A DNA stretch of 33,645 nucleotides, taken from NCBI RefSeq assembly GCF_004010195.1, contig NC_057711.1, forward strand, positions 71,212,797 through 71,246,441. Direction: 5' to 3'. Positions within the stretch are counted from its first letter, which is position 1. Each line of letters opens with the position of its first letter. Made by a program: the position numbers and the translations under genes. This DNA is from Chiloscyllium plagiosum. Taxonomy: Eukaryota. Under the pieces are notes generated by a model that worked only from the letters and a program-made list of their open reading frames with translations, had not been told where the DNA came from and ran no database searches. Shown here piece after piece: positions 11,077 to 23,400 of the stretch.

Positions 11077-11611
11077 ACAATTACATTGTTTGCTGGTTTC
11101 ATGAATATTGACTTTTGCTTGTCAAATTATTGCAAGTTTAATAACACTGAGGTAGCCCAAAGCTCAATCTTTTTTCTAACCTTCCATGGTACATTTCTTC
11201 CAGTGAATAGCATATTTGCCACTAATTTCTTACATTATCAGCAATGTTCACTGTCCTATAATTCATATAAAGATTCCTACTGTGCAGATTGCTCAGTTTA
11301 AACTTGTGAATTAATTATTTGTAAAACCTTTTCAAATGTTGCGAGACCAGAGACTCCTTCAATCCTCTGTGAACCATTATGAATTTACACAAATTGATGA
11401 GCAATCACAGCATTGCAACTTTATTTTGGTCAGAGAGCAGCAGGTGAGCTAAAAGAAAAAACCTCCCAGATTAAGGAAGAATCAGCTATGTTCCTGGTAC
11501 TTATCTGATGATTCCCAGTGAATAAAAAGAGGATTTGACTGAGTTGCAATATCCCACATGGAGAATAAATGAATCATTTTCTCAGAGTTGGTACATGTAG
11601 GAGGATTGACT

Positions 11612-11756
11612 ATTTGGGTGAGTTGCTGGATGTCATAATTTAGAAGATTTGACCTGTCTACACACATTCTCATCTGCAGTTGTATTGTCGGCTGCTAAGT
11701 TATGCTTATTAAGCTGAAATATTTCAATTAACATCTCTACAGGATATAACATAAGT
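11612..11756. repeat. Left arm of a long-range inverted repeat (partner 12882-13027)
   Basis: gtctacacacattctcatctgcagtt and tgctaagttatgcttattaagctgaaatatttcaattaacatc match the reverse complement of 12902-12983 with 1 and 2 mismatches. Weaker similarity extends both ways. Confidence 0.9.
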
Positions 11757-11906
11757 TAACGGACCAGGGAGTTTGCCTTAAATACATTTTTTAAGAGGGA
11801 AAAAAAATCACCTGAATAGGTGCATTCAGTTAAAGTAACAAAAAAATTGTATATCTTTTGTTTATTATTTATAACAAGTTCACTTATTTATTAGAATGAC
11901 ATCTTT

Positions 11907-12390
11907 TGTTCACCAGTTTAATCCTTGCAATGGCAAGGTTGTTTTATGAGGAGAGATTGAGGAACCTGGATCTATATTCTCTAGAGATTCATAGGTTGAA
12001 AGGTATACTTACAGAAACTTATAAAATTCTTACAGGGCAAAACAGGGTTAATGTAGGTAAGATATTTCCCCCGACTGGTCAGTCCTGAACCAGGGAATAG
12101 TATCTCACAATAAGGAGCAGACCCATTTAAGACTGAGATAAGGAAGAAGTTCTTCATTCAGTGTGTATTGAATCTTTTAAATTCTCTACCTCAGAGGTCT
12201 GTGGAAGCTTAATCATTGTTCAAAATGGCAATTGATAGATTTCGAGATGCTGATGACACTGAGGGATATAGGGTCAGTGTGGAAAATGGCACAAAGGTGT
12301 ATACTCAGTGTGATCTGTTTGACTGGTAGACCAGGTTCAATGAGTTGAATTGTCTATTCATGTATCTATTCCCCACATTCCAATGTTCCT
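11907..12390 (+). mobile_element. CR1-type LINE 3' fragment (family distinct from HER1)
   Basis: ORF 11906..12088 (YEERLRNLDLYSLE..RLKG.L.ETYKIL.G) followed by decayed FF..RV...WN.LP-type sequence and a 3' UTR. Confidence 0.88.
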
Positions 12391-12881
12391 TTGGTTTAAT
12401 CACTCATTCCTACTGCTGTTAAAATCTAGTTCTTGTCAAAATTCTGGTAAAAAACAATGAATGCTCCATCTCTAAGCTTGTAACAGAGTTAGGGAGTCTG
12501 GAGAAAGAAAAATTACATCCATTAGAAATAAAACTTATTTGTTTGCTTTACAAAATCAAAGGGTAGTCTCTTCTAACAGTGGGATGAGTTTCAGTTATTA
12601 CTGACAAGGGAACCACACTGCATCTTCTAAGAAAAGCCACCAAACCTGTGAATTTGGCCAATGCAAGGACATTTCCTCTGCAATTGGGTTCCTGGAGTGA
12701 AACCCCTGCCTTAGCAGTACCATGGAAAAGATTGGAACTGCTGTTGGAAGTGCAACCATCGTGTGCAGGGATTCAAGAACAATGAGGATGGGGTTCGAGA
12801 GTGAAGGGGCTTATGATAGGGTCCAGAATCTGTTTGCTCGTTTAACTGATTTCTTTTTCCCCTTAAACAATTTATTTTTAT

Positions 12882-13027
12882 ACTCCTATTATATGTTGCA
12901 GTGATATTAATTGAAATATTTCAGTTTAATAAGCATAACTTAGCACCCAATAAATGAAACTGCAGGTGAGAATGTGTGTAGACTGAAAAAACCTTATAAA
13001 CGGTGACGCCCATCAACCCACTCAAAT
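12882..13027. repeat. Right arm of the long-range inverted repeat (partner 11612-11756)
   Basis: gatattaattgaaatatttcagtttaataagcataacttagca...aactgcaggtgagaatgtgtgtagac...tgacgcccatcaacccactcaaat is the reverse complement of the left arm. Confidence 0.9.
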
Positions 13028-13114
13028 GATGACTGTTAGAATCATGTGTGGGCTCCTCACTGAGTCAAGGTGACAGAGATTATGATGATCCACAAAATCC
13101 AAACTATAGAGTCT

Positions 13115-13800
13115 TTATGAAAGAGATGAAGGCCATTCAGTCCATCACCCCATGGATCAATCCAGTCAGTGCCATTGTTACATTCAATTCCCTTAGCCCT
13201 ACAAACGTAACCAATCAATTGCCTATTGATCTTGTTTTGAGATTATTGATCATTTCCTCAACCACCACTCTGATAGGCACTGAATTCTCAATCATTAGTA
13301 CTTGCTATGTAATGAAATTTGTTTTATCATCCCTCTGCGGCTCTTTGCAAAATCATAATTCTGTGTCCCAAATTCCTTTGTACTATCAGATAAATGGAAC
13401 ATCTATTTTTCTGCATTTTATAATCGTGACAATCTTGTATAGCAATGAAAAAGTTTTCAACTGCTTGTTTCTGACCTACATGCTTATTTGTAATATTATT
13501 TTTAAACATATTAAATTATAAATTTTAAAACAAAACATATTGAAATAGCAGCTCAGGCAGCATTGGGAGGGAGAAATCACGTTAACATTTCAGGTCAAAA
13601 TTACCTTGCATCAGAACAATTTAGTACACTAATAACAGCTCTCCCAGATCTCTCTCAACCTCCTTTTCTCCAAGAATGCACATCTTCTCCAAACTAATCT
13701 TCTAGTAAAATTTATTCATCTCAGGGTCCTCTCAAGGACTTTCTCTTCTTTCTTCAGGTGTGGTGATCAGAATGAGATGCCCTTTTATAAATGTTTAGCT
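13115..13800 (-). mobile_element. Old CR1-type LINE 3' fragment containing a small PLE-end insert at ~13520-13617
   Basis: Tail-side gaaggccattcagtccatc, then cctcaaccaccactctgataggcactgaattc and tcttcaggtgtggtgatcagaa, which are typical minus-strand CR1 3' landmarks. The insert reads ctgatgcaaggtaatttgacctgaaaatgtt..atgctgcctgagctgct on the minus strand. Confidence 0.6.
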
Positions 13801-16800
13801 CAATTTTTCAAATTTCCCATTAAAGTAAGTTAATTTCTGCACTAAAATCAGACTTGCTGAGGAGCCACTTTATTGAGGTACTAGGGCTGTTTATATTTCT
13901 GGGACTATATGAATCACCACGGAATGGGTTCATTTGCTTAACTTTATTTCAAATTTCTAACTGAAACTTACACCAGGCAGATGATCATGTCCACTCAGCT
14001 AGTTATACTGCAATAATAGCTCCAAAGGAAGTGTTTTCTAACTGAATAAAATGATAATGCAAGGTTACTACAATACTTAATGGAAAATGGAGCATGTGAA
14101 AATGCCTTCATTTAAAATTTGTAGTTTTATGTTTAAAAATGATCAAATATTCTTAAAATTCATGATCATTGACCTAGTTTTCATTGTTATATATGTTATG
14201 TGTATTATAAGTTATGTAAAATATTTTGTAAAATGTTTCTTCACATGGACTACCTTTTGAAATCAATGGAACTAAATATTGGACAGTTTGCATAATGATC
14301 TCTAATGCAATACCACCATTTTATGCTTCTGTCAAGGCAAAGTTCTCCCTTTTGTAGTGCTTATACAGAACAACTCATTTGACTGATGAAAGCATTGTGA
14401 TTATTTGGAAGGTAGGGAAAAATTAAGATTGTTCATTAACTGCTTTCATGTGCAGATAATGCTGAAGTATTAACCTTGCCTCTTCACTTTCAGAAGGCAA
14501 GCTATTTTGCATTACATTTGACTGAACTTAATGGTAAATGCACTGTTGTGTAGCCTGAGCATATCTCTGCAAAATCACATCTCATAAAAATGAACAACGT
14601 TCCTTCTCTTTACAGGAATGATGACTTTCAACATGGACTAATAAGAATGGATGAGTGATAACACACAACATGCAGAACTCGTTGCTACAGTGAGGAAGAT
14701 ATGTTTGATATCTATGAGATTCTGTGACAATATTTAGGATCTGAGGATGTTGATGTTTGCATAAGCATTGCTTCTTGTTTATTTAATCACAACCAATAAA
14801 CCATTCCTCTGATGTTAATTTAAACATTCTTCAAATTCAAAGCAGCATTTATTATCCATTGCAAAACATTGAGCTGGGTATTCAAATACTAAAGGTGTGA
14901 CTTGAAAACTGTATCCCAGGTGAGCAGCACTCGATCACGTGGTCTCAGAAATAGTTTGCGAATTGTAATGAGTCTACACATAGGGAGCAATGAGAACTCA
15001 TATTTTGGCAAGTAGCCTAAAGGAATATGTTAAGGTGCCTTTTTGGAAAATCATGGAGTTTTCAATCACTTCCATTTTGGCTGACAGTCTGGTGCATGTG
15101 AATACTTAGCTGATGAGGTTGACATGGGGCAAAAAGAAGTTTGTTTGCCCTTTTTTGTGAATTTGCTGAATCAACTAGCACTGCATTGATGTTGCATCTT
15201 GACTTGGAGTTCTTGGCCAGTTTGCACTGTCTGTATCTTCATGGTCCTTTCATAAGCTGCCTACTCTCCTCAGCAAAGCTACAAACTGTCCTTCAGATTG
15301 CTGACTCCATCCTTTCCCTCTTATTCAATGCATCCCTCTGCAAGCTCACCTCCTGCCCAATCGGCCCATTTATTTTTTAGAATAGCAATGCCAGTGTCAT
15401 GCACTTTAATGGTAGATTTGGGATTCATCCTGCTATCAGGTTCCTGACGCTACATTGGAAATCCAGACTGTAGTGCAAGCTAACCAAGAGGGAATAACAA
15501 TATTCATGTCTTCATCCTTTGTGTTTTGGTAGAAATGTCTTATGCTCAGGAATAAGATCCAGCCCCTAATCTAAAGTAATTCTCAACTTGGGGCTGAGGG
15601 AGCAGGGTGTGGAGTCCAATCCTTAACTGGTCCAAGATGGTGGGGAGCAATGGGAGCTGTGATGCTACCAACCTGGGAGGTGGACCGCTTGATGACAGGT
15701 TTGAGATATTTTTATTTAAATTACATTTAACCTGACACCACTCACCCAACTTGTAAGATTAAAATTACATTATGAGTGTCCTAACTTGAATTTTCAATTT
15801 AATTTGTTGAAGAAATATAGTATTACTGCCGCACACACAGGTAATGCAGATACCCTGAAAAGGATCCCTGGTAAATATAAGTTTTCACTTGAAAGCCTAT
15901 GTCAAGCATGCAGACAGATGTAGTCACTATGAATGGCAAGGGACACTACTCAGACTGACTACAAAATCCTAGACAATGCAACTACAGGTATGTTGGCAAA
16001 AAAGCTACAGATACAGGAACTTGTCCACAAAGCTTTTGAAAAGGAAACCCATGATGTTCAGAAAACCAGTTCCCTCTATTTGTTTCAGCTAGGCAATTAA
16101 CACAATGAAATGAGTGGCTGAAAAATATTGGTGACTTCTCCATGTGTATAGTTTACATAAAGTGTAATTAAATTACAAGATCAATTGAGTCTCTTACTTA
16201 ATATTGGAAAACCTCTAACATGTAGAATGTTTTATGAAGCTGCACAATGCTGTGCAAATCTGAATCTCAAACTTTCAGGCTAGATTCAGTGCAATGTACC
16301 GCTCACATATGTAGGTATACTTAGCTCTGTCTTATCTAATTTCAAAAATGCAAGATACCAGAAATACTCAACTGGTCATGTGGCTATTTGTGAAAACAAA
16401 AATTTGTGGAACGTTTAAGCAATCCCAACCCTCGGTCCTGGAAAATGAATGTGTTTGTGTCAGGTGAGAAGGGAAAATAGAAAAAAAATCTCAGGTATGA
16501 TCCTAACACACCTTCAGCTTCCCATTTGTGTTAAAATATCTTGTCAAAGTAGTTAGCATCAGATGATACTTACTCTGTTTCAGCCTGAATGCTGCCCAGC
16601 TAGGTTCTCTGGACATGAGCTTGTTCAAGGCAAGGACTGCATCATGGAGGAGTTAAGTCAGAGCTTTCCAAACCGGAGGAGACTTTGCAGTTGGGAGCCC
16701 TGTGACAGCAATAGCTGCTGTGGAATTCAAGCTGATTTCTGAGGGTTGTGAAGCTCCTTTGTTTTGTTGGTGTGGCCTTCTCAACTGCAGTCTGAGGTCC

Positions 16801-17033
16801 AACTGCTGCTACAAAACACAAGTCTGCAAAATGGTAAGTGGTCACTTTTTTTGTAGAAAGCTTGTATCTTCATTGATTAGGATTGACTTGCATTAATAAA
16901 GATAGTCATCATTCAAAATAATCATTGATTCAGTGACAATAATAGTCAGAATCCTATTGCAACAATGATGGGAATCTTATCAAATCAACACCCAGAGTCC
17001 TATCACATTCACAAGCCGGTACCTATTACATTC

Positions 17034-17073
17034 AGATTCCTGAAGAAGGGCTTATGCCCGAAACGTCAATTCT
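17034..17073 (+). ncRNA. Minimal type I hammerhead ribozyme motif
   Basis: CTGAAGA (17040-17046), an extra A, perfect stem II GGGC-ttat-GCCC (17048-17059), GAAA (17060-17063), then CGTC with predicted cleavage after GTC at 17067. Stem III is reduced to the palindrome ACGT, and stem I agattc/aattct is imperfect. Confidence 0.72.
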
Positions 17074-17163
17074 CCTTCTCCTTGGATGCCTGACCTGCTG
17101 CGCTTTTCCAGCAACACATTTTTAAGCTCTGATCTCCAGCATCTGCAGTCCTCACTTTCTCCT
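17034..17163 (+). mobile_element. Short PLE pLTR-derived element (~130 bp), relatively young
   Basis: Hammerhead motif followed by ctccttggatgcctgacctgctgcgcttttccagcaacacatt..ctctgatctccagcatctgcagtcctcactttctcct. Same family as 25463-25545 and 27397-27533. Confidence 0.8.
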
Positions 17164-17844
17164 ACTTTATTAATAATCAGGATATGATTATATTCATAAT
17201 CTGATGTTTATTGCATCAACAATTAGGATCCCATTGTATAAAAGTAAAAATTATCACATTTTATTACATTAATTATGAGGATTCTATTACATTAAAATCA
17301 GGTCTAATTACATTAATTACATGGTTCCTATTGCATTAATAATTTGGTTCAATAACTGGGAAATTATTGCATCAATTGTCAGTGTGTTAATACACCAATA
17401 ATTAGAATGATTTCAATTAACATTCAGAGTCCAGTTGTATCAATAATCAGGTTATATTACATGAAAGTCATTTGTCAATTCTGTCAATAATCAGGCTGCT
17501 ATTATGTGAATAATTATAGTCCAATACATAGATAATCCATTAATAACTCCATGTTCACTAGCTGAAGCAACTCCCTCCTCATCATTCAATAACTCTTGCG
17601 CCACCAAATCTTCATTCTGGAGCCATATGCTGTCTGAGGAGGGAAATGCTTTGGTAGCACTGTACTGTACACTTTTCCAGTCCAGGTAGTGGATGAGGAG
17701 GAGCAGGAATGCTTCTCTTCATCCCCACAAGAAAATCTGTCAATCACTCTGGTAATTGGGTGCCCTGTCCACCTTCAACTTATGCCCTCACAAAGTTCTC
17801 CATGGTTCACAATCTCATGCAAATTCCCAATTTCTAACAAAACT

Positions 17845-18070
17845 AAAATACTGGAACTTTGAAACAAAAACATGAAATAATGGAGAACAAGTCAGCAGTC
17901 TGGAGGCTTATGTGGAGAGGAAAACGAGTTAACATTTTGAGTCCAATGACTTTCCTTCAGAACTGTTACTAAGTAGAAGCATCAGATTTCAAGCATTAAC
18001 TCTGTTTCTCTCTCCACATTGATGCTGCCAGATCTGCTGAGTTCCTCCAGCATTTGAGGTTTTTATCTCC
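17845..18070. mobile_element. Old pair of PLE pLTR ends in inverted orientation
   Basis: Left arm reverse complement ctgaaggaaagtcattggactcaaaatgttaactcg..ctctccaca; right arm cattaactctgtttctctctccacattgatgctgccagatctgctgagttcctccagca. Confidence 0.7.
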
Positions 18071-19779
18071 AAATCTTGTTCATGCCCAACTCCTCATATT
18101 ATTCTCCCTTCCTCTCCAATTTTTCTGACTTTTCACAATCTTCATTCCTCCTCCCATGATTTCTACAACAGTTTCACCATTCCTCCTTTGAGCTCTTATC
18201 ACACTACACCACCTCACATCCCCTTTGAATTCTGAAAGTGGCCTTCTACCAATTGATATCGCCCCACCATGCTCTCCAGTCTCTCCCCTTGATATTGTCC
18301 AACCTCTACATCACTACACCATCCATTCTCATGCATTCCCAACCTCCTGATCTCTCTCTGCCCCTGCTATCTCTCTGCAGTACCACAGTATGTCATAGAT
18401 CTGCCTGCCTAACACACAGTCAGTCTCTCAATTGATTTGGCTGCTTCTGAAAATTGAGACAAAGAACAGAAATCAGATCCTGTGTAAAATTAAGTATAAT
18501 TTGATGGTTACTTGTTCTTCCAGGTGTACAGAGTTCCAGTCTGTCCCAATCCATTCTATCCTCACTTCCTCATTAATTTCAAGGCCAATATTTCAGGTGA
18601 ATGACTGTTTGCCAGAATTAGGAGATGTCTCCAGTTCAGTTTTGACAACACTGCAGTATTGTTCAGATGCTTCAATTTGAAATGGGCAGTTATATATGGC
18701 TGATCTAGTTATTTCATACTAATGTAATATATTTTGCATGTAACTTAATCATGAACTTTCATTCTGTAAGGCCTCAGTGCAAAATTCATAAACTATATTT
18801 GAACACATAAGCTGATAAAGAATACCATGTCAGCAAAAATTGGAACAACAACTGCAGAGTATGTACCCACGAGTGTTGGCATCTGCTGTGCATATCAGCT
18901 GGGAACTGTATCAGCATAGTTCATACCATGTACGTCATGGTTAGTTTGGGGTCAACAATAATAATAAAGAAACTAATAATCACTTTGCATTATAGAATTT
19001 GAGAACTGCAGTAAAAACACATTTTTCAAAGCTTTTTGTATTGCATTTATCATGACAATTTGCAAGAATAACAATTCAAAGTGGATAAGCAATATTTATT
19101 CTGCATGAAATGAGAGTTGGCAAATAGTCTCCAATTGGTGGAGGTTTGAAGAATGCACCAATTAATGGTGGTTGACTGCCTAGCTTTGTTTACATTGTAA
19201 ACCAAGCAGGTGGACTTTGATTTATCAGAATATTTCCTAAAGAAATGAATCAGTGAATGGTTGTCACCTAATCTGTTGAATTGAAACAAATGCAGTGATT
19301 GGACACATTCTTTCTGTCAGAAAAAACAAAGCCTGTATATTAGTATATGTAGAGACTAGTATCCGAGTGCACTGCGTTGTGAGTCCTCAATTAGGATTGT
19401 CAGTCAGGTTCATAGTGTGATGCAGTTGTGTGTCCTCCAAATCAATGTTGTTTGCTGTGCAGTACACAATTGCACCAAAGCTGAGAATATGCGGACCAGA
19501 AACTGGACCCTCAATTCCTGTTAGACAACAATAAGGAATTATTAATGACAATGTACAGGTAGAAAGGCAGGACTACTGGTAAACAGGTTTGCACTATGTC
19601 TACAATTTGAAACTTGCGCAAATAATAGTATACGAAACAGAAGAAGAAAAGGCAGCCTGTTCCATCAAGCCTGTTCCATACAATCATGGTGCAACCTATA
19701 GACATTTTACCTTCCTTGTCCTTGTCAATCAGTCACAGAATACAATTTAGCAATTAAACCCATCCTGACTGCCACATGA

Positions 19780-22425
19780 TCATTAGACCAGAAATAGCAG
19801 GATCCATCAGATGGATATGTAGCTGGAGAGATAGTACATGGATGTGGGTTTTTGATTGCTGGGGCATTGTGACCTAGTCTGGGGGAGATGGGACCAGTAC
19901 AAGCTGGATTGGTTGTATCTGAGCAGGGCCAGAAATGTTCTCCTCTGGCAACTATTTGCTTGGGTGGTTGGGAGGATTTAAACTAAAATGGCAGGGAGAT
20001 GGAAACGTAAATAGAAGATAAGGAAGCAAGAGCAAAAACAAAGACAGAATGTGAAATAAGAAAATTGATAGAGAATTCAAGGGTAAAAATCAATAGGCTA
20101 CAGCACAAAATAATTTGAATGGGACTAACGATGTTAAAAGCCTTGTGTTTTACTGCATGAAGCATTCACAATAAAGAGATTGATGAATAGTTGTGTTACC
20201 AAATATCAACAGAGTGATATAGTTTGCATTATGGAGAATGACCAGAAATGTGAACTGAACATACAGGGCTATTCAGTGATTATGAAGGATAGACAAAGAG
20301 GCAAAGGGGGTTGGAAATTAATTAAATAGTCGGGAAAGATTTTAACTCTTAAAGTGTAATCTGAATAGGTAGAGCTTAGAAATTCCAAGGGACAGAATAT
20401 AGTAGTGTTGCATAGAAACCCCCAACTGTCGTGGTAATGTTAGGGAAGACATTAAACAGGAAATTAGGGACACAGGAAATAAAGGTTCAGCTGTAATTAT
20501 GGCTGACTTTAACCTCCAAATAGACTGGGCAATTCAAATCAGTAACACTGCCACACTGGAGAAATTCTTGGAGTGTGTATAAGATGATTTCAGCAAAGAA
20601 AGACAAAGGAATTGATTAAGAAAGGAAAAATAGTGTGAGATTATGATGGAGTAAACTTGTTGGGAATATACAAACAATGTTTCTCCAACTTGTGAGCAGA
20701 AAAAGATGCGTGAAAACAAATGTAGGTCCCTCGATCAGAATTCAGGGAAAGTTATAATGAGGAACAAAGAAATGGCAAATCAATTAAGTACATATTTAGT
20801 TCTGTCTTCACAAAAGAGAACACCTGTAATGTCCCAAATATTTTGGGAAATCATGGTATAGGGATGGTGAGGAACAGAAAGAATTCAATATTAGTAGGGA
20901 AATGATGTTTGGAAATGTGATGGGATTAAGAGACAATAAATACCATGGGCTAATAATCCACATCACTGAGTACTTAAGGAAATGGCTGTAGAAATAGTGG
21001 ATATATTGGTGGTCATCTTTCAAGATTGTTTAGACTCTCAAACAGCTTGCTTGGAATGGAGGATAGTCAATGAGAGGTAGATAGAAAACCAGGAGTAATA
21101 GACTGGTTAGCCTGACACCAGTAGTAGGGAAAATTCAAAAGTCCATTATAAAATATTTATTAGCAGACCATTTGGGAAACAATGGCAGAATCAGACAGAG
21201 TCAGAATGGATTTATGAAAGTGAAATCAAGCTTAACAAATCTGCTAACTGTTTTTGAAGATCTAACTAGTAGAATTGAAAGGGGGTGCCAGTAGATATGG
21301 TTTATTTGTACTTAAGAGATCAGCACAAAGAATTAAGGTGCATGGCATTGGGGATAATGTATTGAGATGGATAGAGAACTGGTTGGCAGACAGGAAACAA
21401 AGAGTGGCAATAAACAAGTCTTTAACTGACTGGCAGGCATTGATTGGCACAGGGGTCCTCATAATTCCCCAACTTTTCATAATATCTATAAATAGCTGAA
21501 TGAGGGAACTAAATGTGAGATTTTCAGATTAACAGATGACACAAAGCTGGGTAGGAAGATGAACAGTGAGGAGGATGCAGACACGCTACTGTGTGATATG
21601 GAGATGTTCAGTGTGCGCACAAATACGAGGTAGACGGAATGTAACATGGATAAATATAAAGTTTGGGAGCAAAAATAGAAAGGCAAAATATTATCTTAAT
21701 GGCGATAGATTGGGAAAAGGGGAGGTGCAATGAGACCCAGATGTCTTTGCACACCAGTAATTGAAAGTAAACATGTAGGCAGAGCAGGCAATGAAGAAAG
21801 CAACTAGTATGTCGACCTTAATTTCGAGAGGATTTGAGTACCAAAGCGGGGATATCTTGCTGCAATTATACAAGACTTAGTGAAAGCAGACATGGAATAT
21901 TTTGTACAACTTTGGTCTCCTTAGCTGAGGAACAATGCTCTGCCTATTGAGAAAGTGCAACAAAGGTTTACCAGACTGATTCCTTTGATGGGAGCACTGA
22001 TGTATGAACAGAGACTGGGTCAGTTAAGACTATATTCAGTGAAGTTTAGACAAATGAGGGGGATCTCATAGAAACCTATAAGATTATAACAGGTCCAGAC
22101 ATGTAAATGCAAGAAGGCTGTTTCAGATGACCAGGGAGTCTGGAACCAGAGGTCACAATCTATAGATACTGGTTAGGCTATTTCAGACTGAGATGAGGAG
22201 AAATTCTTTCACCCAGAGAGTGGTGAACCTGTGGAAGCCTCTGTCGCAAGGAAGTGACTGACGACAAAACATTGAAATGTTTCAAGAAGAAATTAGATAT
22301 AGTTCTTAGGGCTAAAGGGTTCCAAGGGTTAAGGGAGAAAATGAAAACAGGATCAGATTGAATGGCAGAACAGACTTTAAGGGCCAAATGTTGTATGCTT
22401 GCTTCTATCTTCTATGTTTCTATGT
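19780..22425 (+). mobile_element. Decayed CR1-type LINE: ORF1 esterase C-terminus, ORF2 with internal deletions, and 3' tail
   Basis: ~19790-19930 reads like GF.LLGHCDLVWGRWDQYKLDWLYLSRA (ORF1 end). ORF2 start LKALCF.A.SI.NK at ~20134; IMADFN at ~20497; ORF 21275..21499 (IKVHGIGDNVLRWIENWLADRKQRV); TDDTKL at ~21532; tail ttctatgtttctatgt at ~22410. Many stops and frameshifts. Confidence 0.92.
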
Positions 22426-22649
22426 CAATGATTTCTAAACCATATCAGACCAAAACCACAGCAAATATATAGCGACCAATAATTGCCTTTCTTATATACA
22501 CTCTGGAAATGATCCAGCTCACTTTTGTATGTTTGAACAAATTTAAGCTGCCTTGAAATTTGAGTAGCAGCCCTTTCAGAGTTTCTGCTCCTCACATAAT
22601 CTGATCTTGGCCATTATAATACCAGTTGTGTAGGTGAGAATGCATAGGA

Positions 22650-23400
22650 AGGAATGAACTTGCAGTTTCATATAGCACATTTTATGACCTCAGGACATCC
22701 CAAAGCATTTTGCAACCATTTATGAATTTTGAAAGCAATCTGGTGCAATATGGAAAACAGAAAGGGTCAGAAAAAATCTGAAAGAATTATTATGATTGCT
22801 TTCAATAAGCATCACTCATTGGTGTAACGAGGATAGTAAAATAGGATAGTGTGTGAGACAGGCCAAGGGCTCAGTCCTCCCAACAGTCTTTGTAATAATG
22901 CTGAGTCTATTCTTAAAACGTAGAAATAGTTGGAGAGTTGGAATAAACTACAGCTTGTTTGCTCTACAAAGCTCTTTGTGTTAAGACTAAAAAGTGACTA
23001 CCCTCACATATTCTAAACACACAATCCCTTAAAGAACTCAAATGCTTAGAAGCTGCAATGATGACACTCACAGCAGCAGCAAAGTTTCACAAACAGCATT
23101 GAATAATAATCAAATTATCCTTTTTAGCGATGTTGGATGACAGACAATACTGTCTGAAGCACAAAAGTAGAACAACTACTTTTCTTTGAAAGAAAATGCC
23201 TTGAAATGGTCTATGTAACCTGAGAGGATGAATGGGGTCATGGTTCAAAATGCCATTTGAGAAAATGTATCTCTGATAGTGGACTGCATCCTCAGTACTG
23301 TGTTGGAGTACCCACCTTGATGTTGTGCTTGAGCTTCTGGAGTTGACTTGAACACATGACTGTATCTGATTTGAAGGTGCAAATTGTGCCAACTCATACC
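22650..23400 (-). mobile_element. Deu-domain-type tRNA SINE, old, in two pieces (tail ~22650-22760; body and head ~23070-23400)
   Basis: Tail aacttgcagtttcatatagcacattttatgacctcaggacatcccaaagc. Body cctgagaggatgaatggggtcatggttcaaaatgccatttgagaa..catcctcagtactgtgttggagt..gacttgaacacatgac, with a B-box-like gttcaagtc on the minus strand. Confidence 0.7.

Larger units (their letters stand above)
16930..17540. repeat. Degenerate AT-rich minisatellite, unit ~22-25 bp (approximately aataatcaggatcctattrcaty)
   Basis: Recurrent units such as aatagtcagaatcctattgcaac, aacaattaggatcccattgtat, aattatgaggattctattacatt, aataatcaggttatattacat and aataatcaggctgctattatgt. Interrupted by the element at 17034-17163. 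Confidence 0.7.

Noticed and set aside
13048..13521. 157-aa ORF as a host gene
   Set aside because: GTG start, lies antisense over a decayed CR1 3' end, and has low-complexity hydrophobic composition with no domain.
16930..17540. CRISPR-like array
   Set aside because: Units are adjacent and degenerate with no constant repeat plus unique spacer pattern, there are no cas genes, and the context is eukaryotic.
18524..18596. Small candidate exon (ttcttccag|gtgtac...tttcag|gtgaat)
   Set aside because: Weak donor, unrecognisable peptide and no neighbouring exons that build a coherent gene.
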